This document shows positions 13,222-26,846 of a stretch of 64,000 bases of DNA, in pieces. The DNA is from Gnetum montanum. Lineage: Eukaryota > Plantae > Gnetophyta. The stretch spans positions 361,621-425,620 of the forward strand of contig MNCI01002993.1 of the NCBI GenBank assembly GCA_015680685.1. The letters run 5' to 3'. How positions within the stretch are numbered: the first letter of the stretch is position 1; each line of letters begins with the position of its first letter. A program made the position numbers and the translations under genes. Under the pieces are notes generated by a model. It saw nothing but the letters and a program-made list of their open reading frames with translations. It was not told the origin of the DNA and made no database searches.

Positions 13222-14430
13222 TGTGACTAAAAACCTCAATCCATGGAAAATCTAGAGATTCCCATTGTAGCAGTTCCTCAACTCACAAATCCCTAGGGCC
13301 TCCATGAGAAAAAAAAAGGATTCAAGGTGCCTTGGCTAGTCTAGTAGATCAACCAAGGACTTAGGAAATGCGAAGCATGATAATAAAACAAAACAAAATG
13401 CAAAAATGATCACTGATCTAAAATAATGAATAGATAATAAACAAATATATTTCATACAAAAAATCAAAAACTTAAAAAATTTTATTAATAAAGAATAAAG
13501 TGTAAGTCTAAGAAATGTATAGAAATGATGCATGGATGAGTAGAAAGAGGATTCACTTATGCAAGAGTTCAAAGCCCATTGAAGCTAATGTGATCTACTC
13601 CAAGATTTGGATGCTAAGCCAATCGTAATGTCATTGAACCTCTTGCATTGCAACCTCAAATTTGCAAGTTCGGTTACTACTTGGGGGGATGAGAAAAGTG
13701 GGAAATATGACTGCTAGATTACTCCATGTTGGGGATTGTGAGCCCTAAAAATGCAGTTTTGAAATCAAAAGTTCACAAGTCTTAAGGCTATAATGCCTTC
13801 ACACCAGGGTTTAAGAAAATGCATGCATGGGAACTTGAGAATGCCCCAAGTGTAGAATTAGTGCTTAAAAAATTGATTTTATGCTCAATGTATTTAAATT
13901 GCAAAAGTTCAACAATGAGAAAAAATTACTAAACCTGTAAATGATGTTTGAGGTTGGCTTTTATATGCTATTTAGGCCACGAATGGAGCTACAAAATGGC
14001 TACAAAAATGGTTGCAAACTAGCTGCCAAATTTAAGTGAAATGGGTACCAAAATTTGGGGGGTTACTATACATAGTAAGTGGTTCCCCTATGGCCATTTC
14101 ATTTACTATAAACAGAAATTGAGGTACACCTTCCACGTTGGAGATGTATCTTCCATGCTGAACTCTAGCTATTATGGCTTCCACATTGGGGGATGCAATT
14201 TTCAATGCTAGGGGTGAAGACTCAATGGTGGGGAAAAACTTTCATGCTAAGGAAGAAAGGTTTTCAAGCTATGTATGTGGTCTCCACGCTGAAGGGGAAA
14301 AGTTTCCTAAACCCCCACCCTTCCACATTGTGGGATAGGTGAGNCACTTGGGGAATGAGGATTGGACCACTTATGAGTCATTTCAAATACAAAAAAATAA
14401 AGTATGTGAAATTAGCCACTATGGGTTACA
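13222..14430 (-). repeat. 5' LTR of element 1
   Basis: TG...CA termini (tgtaaccc...gtcaca on minus), adjacent to the PBS. Its 3' end resembles the LTR end at 49310-49444. Confidence 0.7.
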
Positions 14431-15517
14431 ATCTTTACATTTACAATGAAGTTTTGTTTTGAGTTTCATTGGGTGAGAGCTACATGATGAAGATTGACTA
14501 TAACATGCAAATTTTTGTGGTGTTTTAACTTCTAGACTTTGTTTCTTTAAAAATGTGATTTAATAGAACACCACAACCTTTATAAAGTTTGAGCTTTGAA
14601 AGAAGTATTTTCTCCCAAGAAACATGCTCAACTAGATAAGATCTTAACAAGCTAAAAATGTAGCTTCAAAAATCTCAAAAAATTTACAATAACTTAAATC
14701 CACATGGAGTGTTTTCTCTCAAGAAACACACTCAACCTTGCAAGGTCCTAACAAGCTTAAGATATGCCTCCCTACAAGAAGTACATCAACCCTGCAAGGC
14801 TTACAAAGTAGGACATAAAAATCAAGAAGAGAATGTAACTATAATTATAGATTTCTTTATATGAGGATCTTGACAATTATAATACAACTTAAAAAGATAG
14901 AGAATTGAAGAAAAAATAAATTCACAAGATGTATACAATGAAGGAATATTCATGTGAATAGTGAATTTTCTTTTCACAAAGAAATTATTTCTTTTATAGC
15001 CTCTATCTTTGTCAAATAACCATTGGAATTCATACAATAGCTTGAAAATAGCTAGTTCAAATGTCTCATTTGAGTTTGGGATGTCTTACTTATAATGTCT
15101 TACTTGAGACATCTTAACTACACTTGGGATGTCTATTGTTTTTGTGGAACGTCAAGCCTTAAACCAAGCTTTTTCCTCTAGGATGTTTACTGTTCTTTTG
15201 GAACATCTTGGCAAATATAGAAACACCTTCTTTTGACTTTGAGGCTTCATGCATCCTTGTGTCTTTTACAAAAATATTTTAATCTTGGTTGAGACTTCAT
15301 CAATTTAGATTGGTAATATAGCTATCATCTTAGTCTTAACTCGTGCTTTGTCCTAATCTCACAATGTCCTTTATCTCAATCTCATTAAGCTCTTGTCCTG
15401 ATCACATCATAGTTTTGTTAGGCTATTGTCTTAGTCCTTTTCTCATCTTGAAAGATCCACAAGCACATTTTTCACATTCTCCATTTTCCAAGGTTTTGAC
15501 ATACTAAAAGGTCAACA
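14431..15517 (-). repeat. Copia (SIRE/Maximus-like) LTR, 3' end truncated at the element 1 LTR
   Basis: Minus strand begins tgttgaccttttagtatgtcaaaacc, same family as the LTRs at 25683, 26847 and 36869. Confidence 0.8.
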
Positions 15518-15519
15518 AC

Positions 15520-18500
15520 TATTTTATAATAGGAATAACATAACTATGGTTTTTAGATTTCAAAAATAAATATATTAAAAATAAAAATTCAATGTAGAAA
15601 TACAAATAAGTAGAGGAGAAACTACAAATTAACAAAACTAAAAGGCCTAATATTTTAGTGATTCCCTTTTGGATTTTCATTCTTACAACCAATCCTAAAA
15701 AGCCTCCCCTTTGGGCTATGAAAAGAATAAGATCTTATCGTTATTCAGAAGCACCCAAATGAGTTTTCACTTTCTACTAAAGGCTTCCTATTAATAAAAA
15801 GAAAATGAAAGAGATAAATATTTAGGAATTTAGTTGAATTATTAGCTATTGAATGATTTCACTTTGAACTAATAATAAAATAAAATTAGTTAAAGAATCT
15901 CTATGAAAACCTACATTACTTCAAAACTTCTAGATAACATAAAGAATAAGAGGATGAAAGTAACACTAAGTATGAAGTAGAAATCCTTAAGGTTGATGAG
16001 TGTCACTAAATTAAACTTCATCTAATATTGCTTAAAAATTATATAAATACTTGCTACACCAAGTTCAAGAGCTATGAGCAAGATGACAAGTAAAAAACAA
16101 TGGATGAATGTATCTTTCATGTTGCAAATAGGACATCCTAGGTTATGATCACCCAAATGAGAGCATCAAATACTAATAGGTAAACCTTAATGAATCAAAT
16201 ACCATAAAAAATATCTAATTTTTAAAGGATTAGTGGCATTTCATATCTTCTAAATTCACTACTTTCATAATTGTACATTGTGATTAATCTTCCAAAGGTA
16301 TTTGAATCTTGGCAAAATATTAGTATTAGAACTAATAAAAGTATTTACAATCTTAGACTAATATGGAAAAACATGATGGTCATTAATTCAAGAAAAATAA
16401 AAAAACCATTATGAGAATCTTGAATGATTACAATCTTGTTCAAAATACCTAAAAGATGAAAAAATGTAAACTTTTAAGAAACAATAATGTCATTGAGACT
16501 TTGACACTCAGATTAAGTAATCTAGTGATTGTGCATGCAAAGAGATGAAAGAGAGAAAATTCCAAGCTTACATCATGTATTGCAAAGATGTAGATGCTTA
16601 ATAGCCTATAGTTTACTATTAATGGAAAGTCACCAAGAGAAACTTTATCAAGCATATAGGTAGAAATAGTAATATTATTGAAGTTTCAATGATAAAAATC
16701 TAAGCCTTTTGAATGTGATTTCTGACAATAGAACCTAATATAATAATACCTTTTGAAAAAAGTACTTAATTAAACAAATGAGTATCTTTTCAATAATCAC
16801 TACCTCTAGGGTTAGCCATCTAAATGCACTTATGAAAAAGAAGCTTCCATGGCTCTCTACCAAATAATTATTTAACCACCCACTTAGCATGTAAAATAAT
16901 ACATTGCTTATAATAATTAACCAATCCTAATATAACATCCCATGATGTTTTTGAAGATATAAAAAAGAAAGAAGAAATGCTTAACAATTTAAAAACATTT
17001 GAATTTTCTAGAATATGCCAAGATTTAGAGAAAGCTCATTCATAAACCTTCTTGTTGAAAAAGATAGAATATTTAAACCAATTAATATGAGAGACTAAAA
17101 GTCTACAATATTGATCAACATAAGAAAAAAAGACAAATTGCAATAACTTTGTTTTTCTTTAAAATAAAAATAAGTCATCTACAAAATGCATATTTAATAA
17201 ATTAGGAACATAATTTTCAATAAATATGCCTTGTAGTAAATTATGCTCCTAGTTCTTCTATATAGAATGACATAAAAAATTTGCAACAAGAATGAAGACA
17301 TAAGAAACTAAAGAACAACCTTGTCTAATTGAGTGGTCAAGCTTAAAACTATTAGTAATTCCAACATTTGTAGTTACAAGTAATTATTATCTATGAAAAG
17401 AATCTCCACCATTTGAATAAATGTTTCTTTAAAATCATATTTGTGAATATAAGTAATAATAAATTTCCATTCAATTCTATCATATGCTTTAGGATAATCA
17501 AGCTTCAAAAAATAAATGTCTTGTTTGAAATCCTTAGTACACTATATACCATTCTAAGCTAGAACAACATTATCTTGAATATATCTACCTTTGACAAAGC
17601 GAGTTTGCACTATAGTAATTAATTGAGAAATAACTAGTTTTAATTTTTGGGTAAGATATTTAGTGAAAATTTTATAAAGAGAATTTAGAAGAGTAATAAA
17701 GCATAAATTACCAATGTGGGAAATATCATCTTCCTTAGAATAAGTCTAATGACTCCTCTTTTTAGCTCTTAACTAAGAGAATGTTCTTCAATGGTTTCTA
17801 CAAAAATACAATAAAGATACATACCAAAAAGATCCCAATGATTTTTAAAAAATTTAATGGAAGTTCCATCAAAACCTAAAGCTTTCTCATTGGCCAATCT
17901 AAACACTACATCTTCAATTTTATTAAGAGAGATATTTTGTTTAAGAAGATGGTAGTGACTATTGTAAACAATATTAAGTAAATGATCACAATTAGAAAGA
18001 AAGTTCTCATGATAAAATGCCATGAAATACATATATGTTAAAAATATATTTCAAGAAAATCATTGACAATAAAAGAATTAGAACTAATTTGATTATCAAA
18101 TTTTATGAATTTGATATAGGAAAATTACCTTTACCTTTTAAGAATTTGAAAATTTTATTGCATGGTTACAATTTAGATGCAAAGAAAGACTAAGAAAATA
18201 ATATTTCATAGATTGAATTGTAATCTTTCCATTATAGAACCATGAAGAATAATTGGAAAAATAAATTGATCAAGATTTTCAAAAATCCAATTATTATCTT
18301 TACTAAGGTTAGGCAAGGTAAACCAATTACCATGATGAACATTTGATCTAGCAACATTAGATAAACAAAATTATTTCTTAACATCACATCAAATAGAAAG
18401 CCCATGATCTAAAAACTAAGAAGAAGCTTCACTAATTTTTTTCCAAAAATTTTTAATTAGATAAAAATCACCATAAAAATGTGAAGGAATGTTAGAAAAA

Positions 18501-19720
18501 TTTTGGAGAATCAACTACCATAGAGTAATTTTATTTACAGAAGTAGTTAGAGCATAAGTATTATACATAACAAAGGGAATTAAAGCACCTTGAAGAATTG
18601 CATAGACTAAAGAATTATCTTTTTCATGAGAGATAAAATTTTTAGAAAAAACATAATTGATAATGAGAGCTATATCAACTTGATCAATATTATGATTAGT
18701 AAATAATACTGTAGAACCATGAAGAATAATATTACTAGCTATGACTATATCTAAATTGGAAATTTTAATATCTTGAAGAAGAATAAAATCAAAAACTAAA
18801 TTTCATGTGTGATGAAAAGAATTGACAACTTTTAGACAAATTCTATTAGTAAGGCCTTGAAATTACATAAAAAAATTAACATTCTGTGGAGGAAGAGGAG
18901 GCCCCTACCCTGTAATTAAAATTAACATTATTAAAAGAAATTATCTTCATATCTTAACCACTAGCTACAAATGAATTATTAGTAATTAAAATATCTTGAA
19001 TATGTCGACAATTCTAAAGATTTAGCATATGTTCATAAATAGATAGAATTTTTTGATGTTTTTTAATTATGAAGAATCATTTGAAAGTGATCTAAATTAA
19101 CAATAGTTTTCTGTGAGACCTTAGAAAAATATATTTATTTCCCCTTAGTCATTGAAGAATTCTTTGAAATTTATTTCATCAGAAAATTCCTTAAAGATTA
19201 TAAATATAACTTCTCTTTTGGTGTCAAATATTAGATTCTCAAAGATATTGCTTTTTACCTACAACTTCAAGCAAAAGGCTCCTAGTAAAAGCTGAACAAT
19301 TAATTTATTGTTTATAGTATTAATTTCTTTATATTATGGAGGCTCAAGGATGAAAGGTTTTAGCTTTTTTTTGCTATTTATTATTCATCTCTAATTGATG
19401 TATTCTTTTTTCTTTAGAGAGAGGTTTCTTCTTCTCTTTATAAGAAATTCTTTAGTAAGAAGTGAAAACTTATGATGGCACTTTTAGATAAGGGTAAGAC
19501 CTAATCCTTTTCCTACACCAAAGGAGAGGTTTTTAAGGATTAGTTAAAAAGATGAAAACATAAAACAACATTTTCAAAATCATTAGGATTTTTCTTTAGA
19601 CTTTCTCTTTAATGATCTAATATACATTTGAGTTTTCTAAATACTATTATTGAATTTTTGGGATTCAATAGCTCTCCTACTAAACTAATTCATTTCTCAT
19701 TTTTCTTTATTATAATCCAA
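15520..19720 (-). mobile_element. L1/Tx1-like LINE, decayed; ORF2 endonuclease + RT ~15900-18880, ORF1-like remnant upstream
   Basis: Minus-strand motifs KALGFDG (KAPGPDG, ~17870), KAYDRIEW (~17480), IRQGCSL (~17320), HFVDDLF (~17180), and GDF plus LDH (SDH-like) in the endonuclease region ~18400-18480. Confidence 0.85.
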
Positions 19721-19771
19721 TATTTTTTTAGGTCAATAATAAGGATAATGATGATGTTATGATAAGTGTAT

Positions 19772-20170
19772 AATGAGGTGTTAGCCTTATGGTAAGACTC
19801 TTAATTTAAAAGCTCCAAGTCATGGGTTTGATTCTAGTGGGGCAATGTTGAATTACAAAGTTCTAATTAGAGTATATATATCTTAGGGTGTACCTATATT
19901 AAAATTTTTTTGAGGTTCTAATACCCTACTCCTAGTGATAGGTGGCTCAAGTGGCTAGCTCATTATCTTGTGGTGGTGGAAGAAGGGGGCCTATGGAGGA
20001 GGATGCTATTGAAATCCATAAGAATTAAATCCATGAGTTGGAGCTTCCAAATCAAGATTCTTACCACTAGGCTAACACCTCATTGTTAATTAGAACTATA
20101 TATAACTCAATGTTGCCCACTAGAATTAAAGCTTCCAAATCAAATGTCTTATAACTAGACTAATGCCTCA
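19772..20170. mobile_element. Three tRNA-derived SINE-like heads: + 19772-19870, - 20021-20084, - 20087-20170
   Basis: Consensus tgaggtgttagcctagtggtaaga..ttgatttggaagctccaa..catgggtt(c/t)gattctagtggg contains A-box (TAGCCTAGTGG) and B-box (GGTTYGATTC) like motifs. Copies are in inverted arrangement. Confidence 0.6.
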
Positions 20171-20339
20171 CTATTGTTAGCTCATTATCTTGCAAGGTAA
20201 AAGATTACTCGTTAAATTCATAATTGAGACATTATTACATTTCTATATATTTCTTCTAATATATGTTGTTGGTTATATGTCTTGGGGTGTATGTATGGTT
20301 AAATTATTTTAAATTTTGACACTAATCTCCCCTCTTACA

Positions 20340-20597
20340 TTAAAATAACTTTTTTTGGAGGAAGAAGAAAGGAATAGTGGAATCCCAAGAATGAATAATA
20401 ATATTAAAATGAATACTAAGTACATCATATGAATGAAGAGAAAGTCTAAAGAAAAAGTTCAAGGTAACACATTCAATAGCTAATACTTTAGATAAACTCC
20501 CAAATGTTTCTCTCTTTATTTTTTTATTTTATTAATAGGAACCCTTTAGTAGGAAGTAAAAATCCATTTTGGTGCTTCTAAATGAGGGCAAGGCCTA
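20340..20597 (+). repeat. Second copy of the LINE 3' region, inverted relative to 15735-15870
   Basis: Reverse complement of 20455-20582 (agaagcaccaaaatgg...cctattaataaaaa...attagctattgaatg) matches ~15746-15870. Confidence 0.65.
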
Positions 20598-21119
20598 TGT
20601 AACGTCCCCATTCCCAAATGACGTTGCTGCATGACAAAGATGGTGCCTCTTCATAACAAGTGTTATCATTATTGTAACGAGGCCCAAAAGGGGGTGTTGT
20701 AATTGAGACATGAAAAGGTGCATTATAATAATGACCATGTCTCTTGAGGTAACCTTCAGGGTGTTTGAACTAAGGCATTTATACTTGGGCATTAAAGGTC
20801 ATGTTAGGATGGAGTAGCAGAGCCAATAAACACAAGTCATGGGTACTAGGTGAAGTAAGATAGGAAGTGGACTAGTCGTCCCTTCTAGTTGGTTGTAAGC
20901 CTAACAATGGTGGTAGTGCTAGATTGCCTCTAAGGGATAGATGTTGAAAGAAGAAAACCCCAAGGAATACTCTTAAAGCATGATCTAGCTACACTATTCC
21001 ACATCAATAAAGCATTCTTTTCTTTCTATTTCTACATTTTCCTATTATATTCTTACACATAATGTCTAATATAATGTATATTTGATGTTTTCCATAACAT
21101 CTAGGAACAGGATGTCACA
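20598..21119. repeat. Isolated LTR-like sequence (522 bp), no TSD
   Basis: Terminal inverted repeat tgtaacgtcc...ggatgtcaca, internal aataaa. Flanks gccta / ttatt do not match. Confidence 0.6.
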
Positions 21120-24116
21120 TTATTCCTATTTCCTTTGCATTTACATAAAACTATAAAATGACATAAAAAACTTAAAACTTAAAATCAAACTAAAAACATG
21201 GTCTACCATGGCCTAAAACTGATGGCCTATGATGGCCTAAAATTGGTGATTCCATGACCTCCATTGCATCTACCTTATGTGTAAATTATGAAATATTTAC
21301 TTCTTTGTATTACATATAGTTTTTACCTTAAAATTTATGCCTTGTGTTATTTTTTTATCATCAAAATTTATTTTATAGCTTTATTATTTTAACTCCTAGC
21401 CTTTTATGCAAGAAAGATATAAAATATTAAAAAGCAAAAAATTTAACCTATGATAAAAAATTTCCATATCAGTAGCCATAATCACATTATCTAATAAAGA
21501 GACAACAACAAAGAATATAATATAGTCATAGTTGCACAATGCAATAAGATAACAATAAATAATACAATATCCAAGGCTATGAAAGCCAAAACAATAATAG
21601 GACCAATAGTGTGGCAAGAATAATATAACATGGTATGCCAAAAAAAGTTTGCCAAAACTAAGCTATAGGAGGAGGAGGAGGATCATTAACAATATCATCT
21701 TTAATGTTCTCATCATCATCACTTAAGACCTATAAGAAAAAAAATATATAAATCATTAGTAGCCATCATAAACAAAACATAACTATGAAACCATAAAATC
21801 TAAACAATAACAAATATAAAAATATAACATAAAAGGTTAAAAAATTTTACACAACCCTCTAGGGAATCAAAAGCTATGTCTTCAAGAGGAAATATTTGAA
21901 GACCTGCTTCTAAACTATGAAGAATTTGTTCTTCACTCATGTTTGTCCAATCAATGTCTCCTAGATTCAATCCTATAAGGATCTTTCTCCTCTCTATGCC
22001 TTTCCACTAAGGTGAACTGTGGAAGAAGTTAGCAGTGATGATTTTCCTAGATGTAGTAGTGATTTGAGGAGTAGGAGACTTAACAACAACCAAAAATTTG
22101 GTAAATATGTTATAAATGTCCTCTACAACTATCGCCTTAATGAATAACTCATACTTACATTGTGTCATGGTTGTATCATGCCATAATTTCATGTAATTTT
22201 CCTTCTTCACCTTGTATAGTTGTTTGTGAGCATTTTTTTTACCTCACTTTAACACCCATGCACATTAATCATGCTATTCCTTGGACTTTTGAACTAGGAG
22301 CTCCATTTGCATGTCTTTCTCCAAGTTACTTTTGGCTAGAGAAACTTTACCTTGGATGGAAATCCAATAGTGGGACTACTCTATTTATTTAGTTTGCACA
22401 AAATCCCTATTGAACACTTGTACCTTTATGAATTCATTACAAGAGGTTATTAACCTTGTTGGTGAGCTCCTTGTTTTGCTTTCTCAATGTCACAAACTTC
22501 TCCTAGAAGAACTCATTTGAAAGTTGAACCTTCCATAATGTTTTTGAATAAGATGAAGCACATTCAGTGACCTCTTAATATAACTTGCATGGAACTTTAT
22601 CAACATCAAAGGGTAAGGCTAGGAACTCATAAAATTCAAAGTCTTGTAAAGGGTTCCATTATATTTTGGAAATTACAAGAACATAAAAAAATAATATTTA
22701 AAACACTTTAAAAAACATAAAACACTATAACCATAAAACATAAAAAATCAAAATATATGAAATAAAATAGTTTAACATTTCTCATACCAAAATCATGAGA
22801 TATTTGTTGCAATTTGTCTACCATATCATTCATTAATCCCTTCATGAATTCCAACTTCTCTAGGGCCTCCACCAAAGGTTTGGAGTAGAATGTAAATATA
22901 GATGTTTCTAGTGAAGGTTCATACTCTATAATTACCATAATAGTTATACATTAATTAGAACAAAGATGAAAAAAAATCAAAACATAAAACAAAACTTAAA
23001 ACATACTAGGAAGACCATGAGATAGGTCTTTTGGAGGATTGTTCTTTGGAGGTAAATCATCTAAGATGAAATCAAGTACATTTAGAGCTTCCATGGATGT
23101 CCTCTCCTCCTCTTCCCTATTATGTTGCTCATCCTCTATACTAAGCTTAATGGCCATCTCCTACTTCTTTCCTACAATAAAATAAAATCATTAAAATATA
23201 AAAAAATAGCAAAGATTTAAAAATAAAAATATAACAAAAATACAAAAAATATTTTTAAAAACTAAAAAATAAAAATATACAAAAAAAATTTCCATACCTT
23301 TAACATCTTGATTTACTATGTTGAGCTTGATGATAATCTTCTTAGACATTTTCTTGTTAGGAACCTAAACATTGTCTTCAACATGTGTCTTCCTTATCTT
23401 CTTTCTAGTAGCACTTTCTACTTCTGTTGATAACTTCTTGATCTTCTTTGCACTACCACATGTAGCATGAGGCTCCACCCCTATGTTTTTAGAGGAACAT
23501 CCATGAAAACCACTACGATTATTAGTGGTAATAGACAATGATTCTCCTATCTCCTCCACTAGTGAATCTTGGTGATGTATAACTTGAGCTATATCTATAG
23601 CCTAAGTTGTAGAGAGTTGGAGAGGATCATGTACAACTCATTTTCTATCTCCCTTAATCACTAGAAACTCCATAAACCTCTTAATATATGCAAAAAAGAA
23701 TGTATATTGCATGCGATGAATATTATCAAGATTATTATAGAGCTTTCATATTTCATCCCTTAAGCCAATGACTAGGTGGGTAACTTAATCAAACATAGTG
23801 TCATTAGTTAACACCCTTTTTTTATTATCCAAGCCTGCTGATCTCCTATAGTTTCCTTCTATGATAGTAACAAGAAAAATTCCCTAGCATAGAAAAGGGG
23901 ATAGGTCTCATTGACTTCCTCAACTTTACACTTGTTAAAGATCAATGTTGCATTGGAAGGAAAGTTAATCCAAGCCTTCATTTCTTCTCTATAGCCTATA
24001 TCTTTCCTTACTCTAGTGAAAACCTTGGCACCATTGTATGCTATGCCAAAGATATCGCTAAATATGGATGCATTAATACTCAAAAAAATAGGATAACCAT
24101 GAATATGGATGATGAA

Positions 24117-25131
24117 TGATGAGACATGATATCACATAGGCCGCGATATCAAGTCGTCCCCTACGATATCGCGTACGCGATATCGTGGTCTACCGCCAAG
24201 TCTATAAATAAGAGGTAGCTCTCCCTTGTTTCATCATCTTGAGTTAGAAGTAGGGAAACTCTGGCAGTTTGATCACTCCAAAGGTAGAATATTTTCCATG
24301 TGCCCGCAACAGGAGTCCTAAAGTAAATGGATCTTTATTCAAGCAACATTGTACCTAAACACAAGTTGTGTATGGAAATAAAGATGAACTTCCTGTATAA
24401 ACCTTGCAGTGCATGGAATAGGATTTTATTTATTGTTAATTATTGCTTTCTCTTAGTAATGAGGAATGAGTAAGACTTGATTACGAGCATCTAAGGATGT
24501 GTACGGATAGTCAAGAAATCGACTGCTCATCGCAATGCGGTATGAGTACGACTTGATTACAAGCATCTAGTGTGACTACTTGGTAACCCAATGGCGTATT
24601 CAGGATCTATGCTTGGTAATCCCAGTGGTAGTCATGCACAAAGATGTGTACGGTTAGTCAAGGAATCGGCTGCTCATTGCACTTAGGCTAGATTAGATTC
24701 TCTCAACCCTTTCCTCCTAGTTAAGTGCCTTAGTACGACCACTTCAAGCATGTGCATTATGTGTGGTGATCCTAGCAATGATTAGCGTTTGGTAGTCGCG
24801 GTTGCATCGGTTTAGGATGTGTACGGTAAGTGGGAAAGGATGTTGATGCTAGGGAATTTAGACTTAGTTCATTAGTTAGAGTTAGTTAGTTTATCCAACC
24901 CTTCATCTCAATAGCATAGGAGATAAAACATAAAAGACCATAAAAATCATATACCTCGGACTTACTTAACCATACACCGTGACAACCACAAGTAAGTCTA
25001 GGAAGACAATGAATGATTAACCCCAAGTGTTCCATGGGGTGTGTAGGCACTTAGTCTGTGGAGTTTGACCGGATTGCCCATGCTATGCTCGTTTCATATG
25101 GTTGAGTGTAGGGGTACCTCACTACTCATTA
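24117..25131 (+). repeat. Solo LTR (Athila-like family) with 5-bp TSD atgaa
   Basis: Termini tgatgag...ctcatta. atgaa at 24112-24116 and 25132-25136. TATA-like tctataaata. Similar to LTRs at 50803 and 60939. Confidence 0.9.
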
Positions 25132-25682
25132 ATGAATTTGGTGATCCCCTCATCAAAAGAGTCAATCATGTTCAATATCTTAATAGGAGGCATTATTGAA
25201 CTTGGTAACATGAACAAATCTTATAAACTTGCATTAGTAAGCCTATTTTGGATGTCAATATGAGTCTTCTCCACCACCCATTCTTGTGTGAAGTCTACTT
25301 TACCCCACTTAAGTTGAATTTTCTTCTCAAAACATCTTAAGATAGTCACATCAACCATAGACCTACTCACATAATCTAAAATCACAACATTGTTTACTTG
25401 TTAGACTTTTAAAATTGTGAAAATTTTAAAAACAAAAGAGAACAAAAATAAAAAAACTTTAAAAAATCAAAAATACAAGAAATGTTGGCTATAACAAGCA
25501 ACTATTACTTACTAGAATTAGGAAAATCTAGAACCTTAGGATGAGCTAGTATAGGTTATTCTAAGTGTAAATAGGTTTACCATTTGTGTTCATGATTGGT
25601 CACTATGCTTATTTCATACATGTGGGAATACCTTGTATAATATCTATCAAATTCAACATTGAGCTGATTGAGCACTTTAACT

Positions 25683-26804
25683 TATTGAGCTTTTGGTATC
25701 TCAAAATCTTAGAAATTGAAGAATGTGATAAATGAGTTTGTTTAATATTGCAAGTCTAAGAAAGAACAAGATAAGAACATGATGGAATCAGAATAAGACC
25801 TAAGATTGGGACAAGAGCTTATTGGTGTAAAGACAAGGACTCCATGAGTTTGAGATAAGAGCTTCATGTTATGAAGATGAGAGCTATGTTGAGATGATAA
25901 GAATTCTCAACCAAGATGAAAGATTTCAAGGATTCATGAACTGTATAAGCCAAACATAGATGTTTCAATATCTGCTTGGACATCTGAGAAGATTATTAGA
26001 TGTCACAAAGGTGAAGTTTCAATTTTAGAATAAATGTTCGAAGAAAATAGTAGACATTTCAATTGCTATTTGGACATCCTACTTTTTAGTGGGACATCCC
26101 ATTTGCAAGTAGCCTATTTTTAGTTAGACATCCCAAGCTTAAATAGGATGTTCTAGCTAGTCATTTCCTAATTGTTGCATGAATTCCAAGGACTAGTTGG
26201 AAAGTAAAAGGCTATTAAATATAATTGTAAAAAGCACAAGAACTATACAAGAATTATTCATTATTTATTATATATGTCATGTGATTATTGTATTCCATAA
26301 TTATTTGATCATTTGTGAATTATTTTTTTGTGAGATCAAATTGCAAGAAATTTGTAAAGTTAGTTACTTTCTCTCCTTGATTCTTTTTCTCTCTTTTTAG
26401 CCCTATTGGGATGATGTGCTTCTTACAAGAAGGCATCTTATGAGCTTGTTTGAACCTTGTGGAGTTGAGTGTATTTCTAGCAAGAAAACACTCTATGCAG
26501 AGCTCATATCATTATAAACATTGTAGGTCCTTGAAACCACATTTTGAGCTTGCTATCACCTTGTGAGATTAAGTGTGTTTCCAATGAGAAAATACTTCAA
26601 GATGAGCTCAAAAAATTTAAAGGTTATGGTGTCCTTTAAATAAATTTTTGAAGGAACAAAGTATTGAGATATGTAAGGATTCTACCCTCCATGTGTGGAT
26701 GTACCCAAGCTAGAAAACTATGTAAATTTGTGTGAAATTTTGGTTGTCTTAATTGTTTGAATTTGGGAACTTATTCAGCCCTCCTTCTAAGATCTTGGTC
26801 CTCA
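25683..26804 (+). repeat. 5' LTR of the copia element
   Basis: Begins tattgagc (decayed TGTTGACC), ends cttattcagccctccttctaag...cctca, followed by the PBS. Confidence 0.85.
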
Positions 26805-26806
26805 AG

Positions 26807-26818
26807 TGGTATTAGAGC
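26807..26818 (+). promoter_or_regulatory. tRNA-iMet primer binding site
   Basis: tggtattagagc, one mismatch from TGGTATCAGAGC, 2 bp after the LTR end. Confidence 0.85.
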
Positions 26819-26846
26819 TCAACACTCTTAATTTTTAGAGCTTAAC

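Larger units (their letters stand above)
1..14430 (-). mobile_element. Tat/Ogre-like Ty3/gypsy LTR retrotransposon (element 1), decayed, running off the left edge
   Basis: Order on minus strand: LTR 14430-13222, tRNA-Asn-type PBS, gag, zinc-knuckle remnant, protease, antisense multi-exon gene, ~180 bp repeat array, second protease remnant at the window edge. Confidence 0.8.

Noticed and set aside
9411-13572. Short hydrophobic ORFs (9411, 10333, 13336 and similar) as membrane proteins
   Set aside because: They are antisense shadows of gag or T-rich LTR sequence, with no independent support.
19772-19850. Functional tRNA gene
   Set aside because: Stems are decayed and several diverged or partial copies lie adjacent; better explained as a SINE-like repeat.
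15735-20597. Large TIR transposon bounded by the inverted repeats at ~15.8 kb and ~20.5 kb
   Set aside because: The repeat is internal to the LINE 3' region, not terminal, and no TSD was seen; two LINE copies in opposite orientation explain it.
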